Below are positions 1 to 9,143 of a DNA stretch of 64,000 nucleotides, one piece after another. How positions within the stretch are numbered: the first letter of the stretch is position 1; every line of letters starts with the position of its first letter. Source of the stretch: Candidatus Krumholzibacteriia bacterium (GTDB lineage Bacteria > Krumholzibacteriota > Krumholzibacteriia > JAJRXK01); assembly GCA_041484665.1 (NCBI GenBank), contig JBGPIA010000001.1:224001-288000 (forward strand). Reading direction: 5' to 3'. The notes under the pieces are model-generated. The model saw nothing but the letters and a program-made list of their open reading frames with translations, was not told the DNA's origin and did not search any database. Both the position numbers and the translations under genes were made by a program.

Positions 1-317
1 GGGAGATCGCAGTCGACCGCGGCTGCTTCGGCTGCCACGGGCCGCAGGGGCGCGGCAACGCCAGCAATCCGGGCTCGTTCAAGGGCTACATCCCATCCTG
101 GGATGGTCCCGATTTCCCCGATCTGGTCCAGAGCGATGCGGAGCTGCGCGAGTGGATCCTCGACGGGAGCGCACGGCGCTTGCGCGAGCACCCGATCGCG
201 CGCCACTTCCTGGCGCAGCAGGCGATCCGGATGCCGGCCTTCCGGCCCCACCTCGGCGCAGACGAGGTGGACGCGCTTGTCGCGTACATCCACTGGCTGC
301 GTGGCGCCTCGCCGTAG
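1..317 (+). CDS. c-type cytochrome, 3' part (5'-truncated by window)
   Basis: Frame from nt 3 reads EIAVDRGCFGCHGPQGRG...IRMPAFRPHLGADEVDALVAYIHWLRGASP*; CxxCH plus distal MP motif; not in ORF track because the start is outside the window. Confidence 0.85.
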   Translation, partial: EIAVDRGCFGCHGPQGRGNASNPGSFKGYIPSWDGPDFPDLVQSDAELREWILDGSARRLREHPIARHFLAQQAIRMPAFRPHLGADEVDALVAYIHWLRGASP

Positions 318-502
318 TGAGGATGAGCCGGCGGGCGTCGCGCGCGTGCGTGATTCCTGGCCCCTGCGGCCCGCCGTCCCGGCACGGCCCAATTTCGCAC
401 TACCCAAATCCCGGGTGCCCGCCTATTGTAAGGCGGCTTTTGCGTCACCTTCGATCCGGAAGGTGCCCGACAAGGGAAGACGAAGAGGGAGATTGATCAG
501 GT

Positions 503-1144
503 ATGCGCAAGACGTGGATCGTTCTGCCGGCTTTGCTCGCTCTGGCCGTGATGATCGGGTGCGCGAAGCCGCCACAGGTTGATGTCGACGCGGCGAAGGC
601 TGCCCTGGAGGCTGCCAAGGCCGCGGGCGCCACTGAGTACGCGCAGAGCTCGCTGAACGCGGCCCAGGACGCCAATGCCCAGCTCGACGCCGAGTTGACG
701 GCACAGCAGGGCAAGTTCGCCCTGACCCGTTCCTACAAGAAGGCCACTGAGCTGGCGGCTGCGGCCAAGTCCGCGGGCGACAAGGCCGCGACCGACGCGG
801 CGTCGGGGAAGGCTGCGGCTCAAAGGGAGGCTAGCAACCTGATCGCTCAGGCCAAGACCGCCCTCGAGGAAGCCAAGGGGCTGCTGGACAAGGCGCCCAA
901 GGGCAAAGGAACGCAGGCGGATCTGGAGGCCCTGAAGGCCGACCTCGCCGGCGTGGAGTCGGCGATCACCGAGGCCGACAACGCCATGACTGGGCAGAAG
1001 TACCTGCAAGCCAAGGCAAAGGCGACGGCGGCGATCGGCGCCGCGAACCAGGTGAAGACCGCGGTCGAGCAGGCGATGGCGGCCAAGAAGGGTGCCGCGG
1101 CGAAGCCTGCGGCGCCGGCGGCCAAGCCCGGCGCCAAGCACTAG
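503..1144 (+). CDS. Ala/Lys-rich helical lipoprotein (DUF4398-like)
   Basis: Signal peptide with lipobox MIGC; AKAAGATEYA...L..A helical pattern; RBS-like GAGGGAG upstream. Confidence 0.75.
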   Translation: MRKTWIVLPALLALAVMIGCAKPPQVDVDAAKAALEAAKAAGATEYAQSSLNAAQDANAQLDAELTAQQGKFALTRSYKKATELAAAAKSAGDKAATDAASGKAAAQREASNLIAQAKTALEEAKGLLDKAPKGKGTQADLEALKADLAGVESAITEADNAMTGQKYLQAKAKATAAIGAANQVKTAVEQAMAAKKGAAAKPAAPAAKPGAKH

Positions 1145-1166
1145 CGCCTGACCGGCTCCTCTTCCG

Positions 1167-1199
1167 GGGGCGTGTCCGGGATCTCCGGGCTCGCCCCTT
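1167..1199 (+). terminator. possible stem-loop after the lipoprotein gene
   Basis: ggggcgtgtccggga / tccgggctcgcccc imperfect inverted repeat; only a short T run. Confidence 0.35.
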
Positions 1200-1238
1200 C
1201 GCGCCCGCGGCTGTTGCCCGCCCCGCAGGCCAGCGACC

Positions 1239-1254
1239 TGGCCAGCGGCTTGCA
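1239..1254 (+). promoter_or_regulatory. candidate sigma54 (-24/-12) promoter
   Basis: TGGCCAG-CGGC-TTGCA: GG-N10-GC spacing, 66 nt upstream of the 1321 ATG. Confidence 0.4.
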
Positions 1255-1320
1255 ATGGAATCATCTTGGTGATCTCCGTCGAACCTTCTGGACACCCCCT
1301 CCGATCACCGAGCTTGCACA

Positions 1321-2490
1321 ATGGCGAGGAAAAGCTTGCGGCTGCGTAACCGCTGGTTCTGGCTTGTGATCGGGCTCTTAGTGCTGTGCGCAGCGGCCGG
1401 AGTCTCCTACCCCGTGGCGAGCGGGAGGACGACTCCTCCCCGCCTGATGATGGGGTCTGCCGAGCACGCGGTCGCCGATGCCCGGGAGGCCGACGCCGCG
1501 CACTGGGCGCCCCAGTCCCTACAGGACGCCGAGAACCAGCTGCGCTCCGCACTTGCCGAGCATCGCCGGCAGGAGGTCCGGCTGCTGCCGCTGCGCGACT
1601 ACCGCGCAGCGACCCGAGCGCTGCAGCTGGCGCAGGACATCGCCCAGCGCGCCCGTGACGAGGCCGTCGGTCGCCGCGAGGTCGCCCGCCAGGACGCAGA
1701 GGACGCCATCGCAGCCGCCTCCGGCGAGGTGCGTCGCTCGCAAACCTTTGCCAATGCGATGCACCTGGGGGCGACCGACCACGCGCTCCTGCAGAAATCG
1801 AAAATTGGGCTGCAGGAGTCCAGCATCCTGCTAGAAGGCGGCGACTACCTGGACGCCTCCGAGCGGGCAAAGACCACGGCCGATCTGGCCCGCAAGGTGA
1901 GCGGGCGGGCAGCCGAGGCGGCGTCGCGCTACGTCGACCGGCGGCTGGTGGCCGGCTGGCGCCGCATGGCCGCGGAGACGATCACCTGGTCGAAGTCCAC
2001 GGGCGCCAAGGCAATCGTCGTCTACAAGGACGACCATCGCCTGACGCTCTATGACGATGGCGGCCCGGTCAGATCCTATCCAGCTGACCTGGGCTACCGC
2101 GCGGTCAACGACAAGCTGCGGTCCGGGGACGCTGCAACCCCCGAAGGCAAGTACAGGGTGACCTCCCGCAAGATCCACTCGCTGTATCATCTGGCGCTGC
2201 TGCTGGACTACCCCAACGCCGAGGACCGCGCGCGGTTCGACCAATTGAAACGCGAGGGCGCCATCCCGAGGTCGGCCGGCATCGGCGGGCTGATCGAGAT
2301 CCATGGCGAAGGCGGCCGCGGCAAGGACTGGACGCGCGGCTGCGTCGCCCTCTCCAATCCGGACATGGAAGACCTCTTCTCCCGCGTGGCGGTGGGCACA
2401 CCGGTGACGATCGTGGGCAGCGATGGGCGGGGAGGCGTGTTCACCGACCTCGTCCACAAACACGAGGCGGCGATGAGCCCGAATCGTTGA
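1321..2490 (+). CDS. L,D-transpeptidase family (YkuD) protein with N-terminal TM and helical domain
   Basis: GD.ATPEG.Y, LDYPNAED, IEIHG...WTRGCVALSN catalytic His/Cys motif. Confidence 0.85.
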   Translation: MARKSLRLRNRWFWLVIGLLVLCAAAGVSYPVASGRTTPPRLMMGSAEHAVADAREADAAHWAPQSLQDAENQLRSALAEHRRQEVRLLPLRDYRAATRALQLAQDIAQRARDEAVGRREVARQDAEDAIAAASGEVRRSQTFANAMHLGATDHALLQKSKIGLQESSILLEGGDYLDASERAKTTADLARKVSGRAAEAASRYVDRRLVAGWRRMAAETITWSKSTGAKAIVVYKDDHRLTLYDDGGPVRSYPADLGYRAVNDKLRSGDAATPEGKYRVTSRKIHSLYHLALLLDYPNAEDRARFDQLKREGAIPRSAGIGGLIEIHGEGGRGKDWTRGCVALSNPDMEDLFSRVAVGTPVTIVGSDGRGGVFTDLVHKHEAAMSPNR

Positions 2491-3236
2491 TGAGTGCGCA
2501 CCCGCAACCACTGGACGCCCAGGGTGGCAGCTCGGTCGGGGCGGCACCCGCATCCGCCGCGGTGTGGCGGACCCGTCTGTGGCGGCCCAGAGGCGTGCTG
2601 GCGGTCCTGGGAGCGCTGCTTGCCATGGGCATCCTGGGCTCCGGCACGGGTTACACCTACGGTCGCTGGAACGGCTCGGCCGCACCGTCTCCGCAGGGCA
2701 TGCCCTCCGATCCGGCCGGCGTCCGCAAGCTCGTGGTACAGCAGCAGTCGGATCGCCGGAAGCTCCTGGCGGATCTCGCCAAGGAGGTGCCCCGCGGCCT
2801 TTACGTCGTCATCGACCAGACCAACAACCGCCTCTACCTCAAGCGCGACGAGAACGTCGAGCTGGAGGCCGTGTGCTCGGCAGGGTCGGGCTACATCCTG
2901 AAGGAGAGCGCTACCGGAGGCCGCAAATGGGTGTTCGATACGCCGCGCGGGCTCTTCCTCATCCACAACCGGATCGACGATCCGGCTTGGCGCAAACCCG
3001 ATTGGGCGTTCATCGAGGAAGGCAAGCCCATCCCGAAGGACCCGTCCGAGCGCGTCGAGTACGGAACCATGGGCGAGTACGCACTGGACCTGGGGCACGG
3101 CTACTTCATCCATGGCACCCTCTACGAGCGCCTGCTCGGCCGCAGCGTCACCCACGGGTGCATTCGGCTCGGGCGCGACGACCTGCGCAAGGTCGCGCGC
3201 GCGGTGACCGTCGGGACCCCGGTGTACATCTACTGA
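2487..3236 (+). CDS. L,D-transpeptidase (YkuD)
   Basis: FDTPRG, P.W.KPDW, IHGT...SVTHGCIRL. Confidence 0.9.
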   Translation: MMSAHPQPLDAQGGSSVGAAPASAAVWRTRLWRPRGVLAVLGALLAMGILGSGTGYTYGRWNGSAAPSPQGMPSDPAGVRKLVVQQQSDRRKLLADLAKEVPRGLYVVIDQTNNRLYLKRDENVELEAVCSAGSGYILKESATGGRKWVFDTPRGLFLIHNRIDDPAWRKPDWAFIEEGKPIPKDPSERVEYGTMGEYALDLGHGYFIHGTLYERLLGRSVTHGCIRLGRDDLRKVARAVTVGTPVYIY

Positions 3237-3273
3237 TCCGCGGCTCTCGATCTGCGGTGCGTCACTGATCGGC

Positions 3274-4260
3274 ATGCGCCGGCCGCCCCCCTGCACTGCG
3301 GTCCATGGCTGCCAAGGCGAGGACCGCACGCGCTCCACCGCGGGCGGACGCGTGTCGGTGGCGTTCCGGGCGCCGGCATTCGTTCTGCTCCTGCGGCTCC
3401 TGCTGCTCCTGCTGCTCCTGTTGCACCTGGCGCCCCTGCGGGCAGGGGCCGTCGGTCCGCCAGCTGCCCCGGGTCGCACCGGTGGTGCGAGCGTGGCAGG
3501 CGCGGCGCGCTCCACACGCACTGCGGGCGCAGCGGTCGGGGCGGGCGCGGCTGCCGCAGCGCGCACCGTCGCGGCCGCAAAGGCAGGCGCTCCCACCCGG
3601 CTGCCAGTCGACCAACAGCCCCAGGACCCCAGTCGCGAGGCGCAGTGGCTGCAGGTGCAGAACGCCGCGCTGCGGGCGCGCGTCGAGCTCGCCGACAAGG
3701 AGGAGTTCTACCTGCTGCTGGATCTATCCGGCTCGAACCTCAAGCTGATGCTCAAAGGGGCGGTGCTGCAGAACTTCGCCGTGCAATCGGTCGAGGTGGG
3801 AACACCGCGCGTGGTCTTCGTGCGCAAGGTCCGCCTGAGGGACTGGGCAGGCCGGGTCTGGTCCGCGGGCCAGCTCGAGCCCGTGCGCGAGCGCGAGCGC
3901 GTCGAGATCATCGCGCCGCCGCCCAGCGCGGCCGAGGAAGACAGCTCCGCCGCCCCGGCCGTCCCGATCCCGCCGACGCCCGAGGAGGCGTACAAAGTCC
4001 CGCCCCTCTATCACGTGCGCTTCGCCGATGGGCTGTCTCTGGAGATCCGCCACCACACCCCGCAGGGCGCTCCACAGGCCAAGGCCTCGCAAGGTGAGCC
4101 CAGCGCATTGGCCTCGTGGTGGCGGGATGCGCGCTCCGTGTTGCGCGCGCGCACGCGGGACCGGGTGCGCTTGCTCCTGGTGCTGAGCTCCGGCGACGCG
4201 GCCTCGCTCTACCGGTCGCTGCCGCCGGACATCAAGCTGCTCATCCTCCCACCGCCGTAG
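3274..4260 (+). CDS. secreted YkuD-like protein lacking catalytic residues (start uncertain)
   Basis: YLLLDLSGSNLKLMLKG..LQNF.V..G and C-terminal L...DA.SLY..LP....LLI resemble the YkuD fold; no HG...C motif. Confidence 0.55.
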   Translation: MRRPPPCTAVHGCQGEDRTRSTAGGRVSVAFRAPAFVLLLRLLLLLLLLLHLAPLRAGAVGPPAAPGRTGGASVAGAARSTRTAGAAVGAGAAAAARTVAAAKAGAPTRLPVDQQPQDPSREAQWLQVQNAALRARVELADKEEFYLLLDLSGSNLKLMLKGAVLQNFAVQSVEVGTPRVVFVRKVRLRDWAGRVWSAGQLEPVRERERVEIIAPPPSAAEEDSSAAPAVPIPPTPEEAYKVPPLYHVRFADGLSLEIRHHTPQGAPQAKASQGEPSALASWWRDARSVLRARTRDRVRLLLVLSSGDAASLYRSLPPDIKLLILPPP

Positions 4261-4288
4261 GCGATGGGGCACGGTCCACGCGGTCGCG

Positions 4289-5014
4289 TCAACCTGATGC
4301 CGGGTCTCGCATGCCGCGTACGCGCAGCGTGGTGACCTGCGCGGTCTCGAACACCGCAGCAGGAGCACCCTGGCGGATGGCCCGCCCGCGCTCCAGCACC
4401 ACCACCTCGTCGCACAATGCCAGGATCTCCTCGGCCGCGTGGGTCACGTAGAGCATCGGCACGCCGAATTCGGCCTGCGCGCGCAGGAGCAGCTCCTTCG
4501 TCCTGGACTTGAGCGCCTCGTCCAGGCCCGACAGAGGCTCGTCCAGCAGCAGCAGGCGGGGCTGGGCCAAGAAGGCCCGCGCCAGCGCCACGCGCTGCTT
4601 CTCCCCGCCCGAGAGCGTGCCGATGCGCCGCTCGAGCAGGTCGCCGATCTCCAGCACCGCGCTGACATGGGTAAGGCTGAACGGGCCCGCAGCGCCGTCG
4701 CGATCGGGCGCGCCGTAGAGGCAGTTGCGCCGCACCGACATGTGGGGGAACAGGGCGAGATCCTGGGGAACGTAGCCGATGCCGCGCTGGCGGGCCGCGA
4801 CCGCGAAGCCGCGTGCCGCGTCCGTGAGCACCGCGTCGTCGAGAACGATCGTTCCAGCGCGCGGGCGGATCAGCCCGGCGACCAGGTCGAGCAGCGTGGT
4901 CTTGCCGGCGCCCGAGGGGCCGAACAGCGCGACGACCTGCCCCTCGATCACCGCGTCCGCCTGCAGCGTGAACGCGGCCAGCGGCAGCTCGACCCGGCGC
5001 AGCTCGAGCTTCAC
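4289..5014 (-). CDS. modC: molybdate ABC transporter ATP-binding subunit
   Basis: GPSGAGKTT, LSGGEKQRVALARA, LLLDEP, YVTH; GTG start overlaps modB stop. Confidence 0.9.
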   Translation of the reverse strand: MKLELRRVELPLAAFTLQADAVIEGQVVALFGPSGAGKTTLLDLVAGLIRPRAGTIVLDDAVLTDAARGFAVAARQRGIGYVPQDLALFPHMSVRRNCLYGAPDRDGAAGPFSLTHVSAVLEIGDLLERRIGTLSGGEKQRVALARAFLAQPRLLLLDEPLSGLDEALKSRTKELLLRAQAEFGVPMLYVTHAAEEILALCDEVVVLERGRAIRQGAPAAVFETAQVTTLRVRGMRDPASG

Positions 5015-5694
5015 CGCCAGCCCTCCTTGCCCCGCAGGAGCAGCTCGCTGGCCCAGATGGCGGCGAACGCGATGGCGGTCGAAACGGCCACCAGTCGCAG
5101 CGCGGCGCCATCCTGCCCGAGCTGCACGGCCTGGTAGATAGACAAGGAGAGCGTCGCCGTCTTGCCCGGGATATTTCCGGCGACCAGGATCGTTGCGCCG
5201 AACTCCCCCAGCGCCCGCCCGAAGGCCAGCACCGTTCCCGACAACAGGCCGCGCCCGGCCAGGGGCAGGCTCACGCTCCAGAATACCCGCAGGTCGCTGG
5301 CGCCCAGCGTGCGCGCGATCTGCTCGAGCCGAGGATCCACCTGTTGGAAGGCCACGCGCGCCGAGCGCAGGAGCAGCGGGAAGGACATCACCCCGGCGGC
5401 GATCACGACGGCGCGCCAGGTGAACGCGATGTCCACTCCCAGCGCCCTGTGCAACAGGCCGCCGAAGAATCCGCGCCGGCCCAGCAGCCTGAGCAGCACC
5501 AGGCCCGTGGCCACCGGCGGCATCACCAACGGCAGGCTCAGCACCGTCTCCAGAGCCGCCCGCCCGCGCAGCCGCCGGCGCGCGAGCAGCCAGCCCACCA
5601 GCACGCCGGCGGGCAGGATACACAGCGTGCTCAGCAAGCAGACCCAGACGGTGAATCCGATGGCGTGCAGCTCGGCGGAGGACATCGGGGTCAA
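5011..5694 (-). CDS. modB: molybdate ABC transporter permease
   Basis: LPLVMPPVATG, ARTLGAS, RALGEFGAT..AGNIPGKT.TL. Confidence 0.95.
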   Translation of the reverse strand: MTPMSSAELHAIGFTVWVCLLSTLCILPAGVLVGWLLARRRLRGRAALETVLSLPLVMPPVATGLVLLRLLGRRGFFGGLLHRALGVDIAFTWRAVVIAAGVMSFPLLLRSARVAFQQVDPRLEQIARTLGASDLRVFWSVSLPLAGRGLLSGTVLAFGRALGEFGATILVAGNIPGKTATLSLSIYQAVQLGQDGAALRLVAVSTAIAFAAIWASELLLRGKEGWR

Positions 5695-5706
5695 GGGCTC
5701 CCTGGC

Positions 5707-6612
5707 CTAATGCGACCGGTTCCCCGTCTCCTTCTGCTGCAAGGTGTCCGGCCGGGCAGGCGACTCGACCAGGAATCCGTGGGCGGCGCACACGGCGAGC
5801 GCCGCGGGCGAGCGCAGATGCTCGATCCAGCGACGCGCTGCGTCCGGCCGCTTGGATTCCCGCAGCGCGCAGACGCAATACGCAATGCGCGGCGATTGCT
5901 CCCGCGGCACTTCGAAGGCGACCTTCACCTTCTTCGATACGCGCGCGTCCGTGCGGTAGACGATGCCGGCCTCCACGTTCCCCGACTCCACGGCCGCCAG
6001 CGCGGCGCGCACGTTTTCCACCGGCACGATCTTGCCCTCGAGCTGCCTCCAGATCCCGCGCGCCTCCAGGTACTCGCGGGCGTAGATTCCGGCCGGAACG
6101 GTGGCGGGCTCGGCCAACGCGATCCTGCGCACCCAGGGTCGCAACAGATCCTCCGGGGATAGCAGCACGAGGCTGGCACCGGGCTGCCCACCCGCCGGCA
6201 GGTCGGCCGATCCGTCGGCCGGCACAATGAGCACCAGCGCATTGGAGAGCAGGCAGCTCCGCGTGCCCGGCAGCAGCAGCCCGCGCGCCGCGAGCGTGTC
6301 CACCTTCGCCTCGTCGGCGGAGAAGAACACGTCCGCGGGAGCTCCCTCCTGGATCTGCAGAGCCAGCGTGCTCGAAGCGGAGAAGTTGAAAACGAGCTTT
6401 TCACCACTCTGGGCCTCGTAGGGCCGCGCGATCTCGCGCAAGGCGTCGGTGAGGCTGGCGGCCGCGAACACCAGGAGCTCGCCGGCCCTTGCCGGGGCGC
6501 AGGCCAGCACGACGCCGCCCAAAGCAACGAGTGTCCCGATGGCGCGTCCCCGCAACGGATCGGTCCAGCGGGCCCACGCGGGCCAACTCTGCGGTCGAAC
6601 GGTCACGCTCAC
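5707..6612 (-). CDS. modA: molybdate ABC transporter substrate-binding protein
   Basis: VFAAASL, SSTLA.QI..GAPADVF.SA, VPAG.YA, ENVRAAL..V..G....GIVY.TD. Confidence 0.95.
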   Translation of the reverse strand: MSVTVRPQSWPAWARWTDPLRGRAIGTLVALGGVVLACAPARAGELLVFAAASLTDALREIARPYEAQSGEKLVFNFSASSTLALQIQEGAPADVFFSADEAKVDTLAARGLLLPGTRSCLLSNALVLIVPADGSADLPAGGQPGASLVLLSPEDLLRPWVRRIALAEPATVPAGIYAREYLEARGIWRQLEGKIVPVENVRAALAAVESGNVEAGIVYRTDARVSKKVKVAFEVPREQSPRIAYCVCALRESKRPDAARRWIEHLRSPAALAVCAAHGFLVESPARPDTLQQKETGNRSH

Positions 6613-6712
6613 TCCTCGTGCGGCGGGCGCGCGATCGAGCGCGGGCCTGCCTGCGCGCGGTCCGACGCTGCCCGTAGTCCGCGCGCTCAGGCAGTCTGCT
6701 GCCGGCGCGCGG

Positions 6713-7876
6713 TCAGAAGACGAACTGCAGACGCGAGATGATCTTGTCGTCGGAGCCTCGCGCCTCCGTGCCGGGGGCGGTGACCAGCAGGTAGTTGAGC
6801 TCCCACACCAGGTCCCAGCCCTTGAGGAACCAGTTCACGCCCACGGTCCAGGTGCGCGTCTCGTCGCCCTTGATCACGCGGTCGGGGTCGAAGCGGTCGT
6901 ACCTGGCCAAGATTTGGTACTTGCGCTCCATCACTGTCAGGTTGGCGAGCGCGAGCACGTAGTATCCGTCCGCGTCGAGCCGATCGGCGGGCAGATTGTT
7001 GGTAGGCTCGAAGCGGTCGCGCAAGTACTCGGCCCACACTTCGATGTCGCCGGCGCGCACCTGGCTATCCACCCCCCAGGCCATCCGATCGCCCTGGAAG
7101 ACCTTGTCGGGCGCGCCACCTCCGCTGGAGTTGAATCCGAACTCGGCCGGCATGTCCGTGAGATTGGCCGCGCGGTCGGAGTAGCCGTCAGCGGCGACCG
7201 ACCACTTGCCGTCCTTACCACCGATCGTTCCCTGCCAGGGGACCACCGCCACCCGCCAAGCGAAGAGGAAGGTCTCCCCATCGTTGCGGTCGCTGTTGGC
7301 CGGTGTGCCGTTGAACATCCCTGCGGCGTACGAGAGGCGTTTCTCCACCGGATCTCCCCACAGCTGAACGCCCAGCTGACGGTTGAGCGTGAGGCGCTCG
7401 GTCATGAGCGTCCGCTCGATGGTGGGCATCCGGGGGTCAGCGTACAGCCACTCCATGCCGAACGGAGTCTTGAACTGACCGGCGCGTAGCCTCACCTGCG
7501 CGCAGTGGGTCCAATTGACGTAGGCGTCGGTCACCGCGGTGCGCATGTCCGAGGTCTCCTTGAGGCTGCCGCTCGCATCGAGCTCGAATTTGAAGTCGAA
7601 ATCGTCGCGCAGCTTGCCCGTCAGGTTCAGGCGCGCACGCCGCAGGTAGAAGCGGTCATTGCCTGTTGTGAAGCGACTGTCGCCCTTCTGCCCGAACTCC
7701 CCCTGCACCTGCACGAAGCCCCCCAGCTGCAGATCCTGCGCCTTGCCGTTGGACCGCACGACCGGAGCCGCTGGCTCGGTCTGGGCAACGGACTGCACCG
7801 GCCCCAGCAGCAGCGGCAAGAGCGTGGCCGCGAGCGCGGCTCGCCGCACAGCACCAACGTGGAGGTCGCTTCTCAT
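6713..7876 (-). CDS. OprO/OprP-like anion-selective porin
   Basis: Signal peptide, F.LRRARL..G, GQFK.PF..E, C-terminal RLQFVF; first gene of the mod operon. Confidence 0.8.
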   Translation of the reverse strand: MRSDLHVGAVRRAALAATLLPLLLGPVQSVAQTEPAAPVVRSNGKAQDLQLGGFVQVQGEFGQKGDSRFTTGNDRFYLRRARLNLTGKLRDDFDFKFELDASGSLKETSDMRTAVTDAYVNWTHCAQVRLRAGQFKTPFGMEWLYADPRMPTIERTLMTERLTLNRQLGVQLWGDPVEKRLSYAAGMFNGTPANSDRNDGETFLFAWRVAVVPWQGTIGGKDGKWSVAADGYSDRAANLTDMPAEFGFNSSGGGAPDKVFQGDRMAWGVDSQVRAGDIEVWAEYLRDRFEPTNNLPADRLDADGYYVLALANLTVMERKYQILARYDRFDPDRVIKGDETRTWTVGVNWFLKGWDLVWELNYLLVTAPGTEARGSDDKIISRLQFVF

Positions 7877-8022
7877 TTCCAGAGTCCTTGTCTGCCCGAA
7901 GGTGAGAGATGCGGGGCTTCCATCAGCGCCGGCCCGGGGCGAGGGGCCGGTCCGCCCGTTGCGCGCCGTCCCGGAGCGCTTGCGCCGCGTCTGCGTCGCA
8001 GCTCCCCCGGCGGCGGGGGCAG

Positions 8023-8051
8023 ATGGTAGGCGCTGCGCCCGTGGGCGACAA
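8023..8051 (-). promoter_or_regulatory. candidate sigma70 promoter for porin-modABC
   Basis: Minus strand TTGTCG-N17-TACCAT. Confidence 0.45.
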
Positions 8052-8116
8052 GTGGCGTCCGAGCGCAGCCTGACTCCGCTGCGACGGCGTCCCGGGCGCG
8101 GTCGCACGGCCCCCCC

Positions 8117-8146
8117 TTGACAACTCTGGATCTGTGACTACCTAAT
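8117..8146 (+). promoter_or_regulatory. candidate sigma70 promoter for the leader/prx operon
   Basis: Perfect TTGACA then N18 and a weak -10 (CCTAAT). Confidence 0.35.
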
Positions 8147-8211
8147 GCATCAACGGGCCGATGGCCCGGTGGATCCTGACGGATCCTGCCCCGCCCCGCG
8201 AGGACCCTGTG

Positions 8212-8307
8212 ATGGACGTCTGCACTAGCGCCAGCCAGCTCCGTACGGCGTGCCGGTGTTGTGCGTGCGGTTTCATGCGGCCTGGTCTGCGCAGGGACGG
8301 GTGTTGA
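8212..8307 (+). CDS. Cys-rich leader peptide, 31 aa (putative attenuator uORF)
   Basis: MDVCTSASQLRTACRCCACGFMRPGLRRDGC*; 6 Cys including CRCCAC; GAGGA RBS at 8200-8204; followed by terminator. Confidence 0.65.
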   Translation: MDVCTSASQLRTACRCCACGFMRPGLRRDGC

Positions 8308-8342
8308 CGCGCGGTTGACGCGCCTCCGAGCTTCGTCCGCAG

Positions 8343-8376
8343 CGCCACCGGGCCCCCCGGGTGGCGTTTTTTGTTT
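8343..8376 (+). terminator. intrinsic terminator within the 5' leader (attenuator)
   Basis: cgccaccgg / ccgggtggcg stem (one bulge) followed by ttttttgttt, about 80 nt before the prx ATG. Confidence 0.7.
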
Positions 8377-8453
8377 CCGGTGGCCCTCCAGCGCTCCCCC
8401 TGCGCGGTGGGCCGGTCCAGACGATCGCAAACCTGAACCCAGGAGAGTCGAGC

Positions 8454-9137
8454 ATGACCGCCGAAGCCACGACGCCCCGCGGGATCCCCCGCATCGGTGA
8501 CCCCGCCCCCGACTTCACGGCCCCGACCACGCAGGGCGAGATCCACTTCTCGCAGTGGCAGAAGGACGCATGGGTGTTGCTGTTCAGCCATCCGGCTGAC
8601 TTCACGCCCGTGTGCACGACCGAGCTCAGCGAGTTCGCCCGCCGCTCGGCGGAGTTCAAGCGCCGCAATGTGAAGCTCATCGGCCTATCCGAGGACAGCA
8701 TCCACTCGCACCTGGCCTGGCGCGAGAACATCCGCGAAAAGCTCGGCGTGGAACTCGACTACCCGCTGATCGCCGACGTGAGCGGCAACGTTGCCGAGCT
8801 GTACGGGCTCATCCACCCCGGCGAGTCGCAGACCGCGACGGTGCGCGCCGTGTTCGCCATCGATCCCAAGCACGCGGTTCGGGCGATCATCTACTACCCG
8901 CTCAACGTCGGGCGCAACATCGACGAGATCGTGCGCCTGATCGACGCCCTGCAGGCCACCGACAAGCACGCCGTTGCGACACCCGTCAACTGGACCCCCG
9001 GTGCACGTGTGGTGGTGCCGCCTCCCAAGACCGAGGCCGAAGTGACGGCGCGACGCAACGGCGCGTACGCCGAGAAGATCGACTTCTACCTCAACAAGAC
9101 CGACCTGCCCGCACAGGCGCAGGCCGCTGCGAAGTAG
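8454..9137 (+). CDS. peroxiredoxin, Prx6/1-Cys type
   Basis: LFSHPADFTPVCTTE, YYPLNVGRNIDEI.R..DALQ, TPVNW; AGGAG RBS. Confidence 0.92.
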   Translation: MTAEATTPRGIPRIGDPAPDFTAPTTQGEIHFSQWQKDAWVLLFSHPADFTPVCTTELSEFARRSAEFKRRNVKLIGLSEDSIHSHLAWRENIREKLGVELDYPLIADVSGNVAELYGLIHPGESQTATVRAVFAIDPKHAVRAIIYYPLNVGRNIDEIVRLIDALQATDKHAVATPVNWTPGARVVVPPPKTEAEVTARRNGAYAEKIDFYLNKTDLPAQAQAAAK

Positions 9138-9143
9138 CCGCCC

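Noticed and set aside
400..470. Minus-strand gggcaccttc...gaaggtgacgcaaaagcc resembling a c-di-GMP-I riboswitch
   Set aside because: Lacks GGCAAA and the GNRA loop and has no downstream gene on that strand; more simply plus-strand hairpins
3385..3429. 9-nt tandem repeat (ctgctcctg)n
   Set aside because: In-frame poly-Leu of a signal/TM segment; copy changes would not shift frame
7880..7925. ctctc...ggcagacaaggactc resembling a glycine riboswitch 3' end
   Set aside because: The upstream GGAGA/CCGAAG elements are missing on that strand
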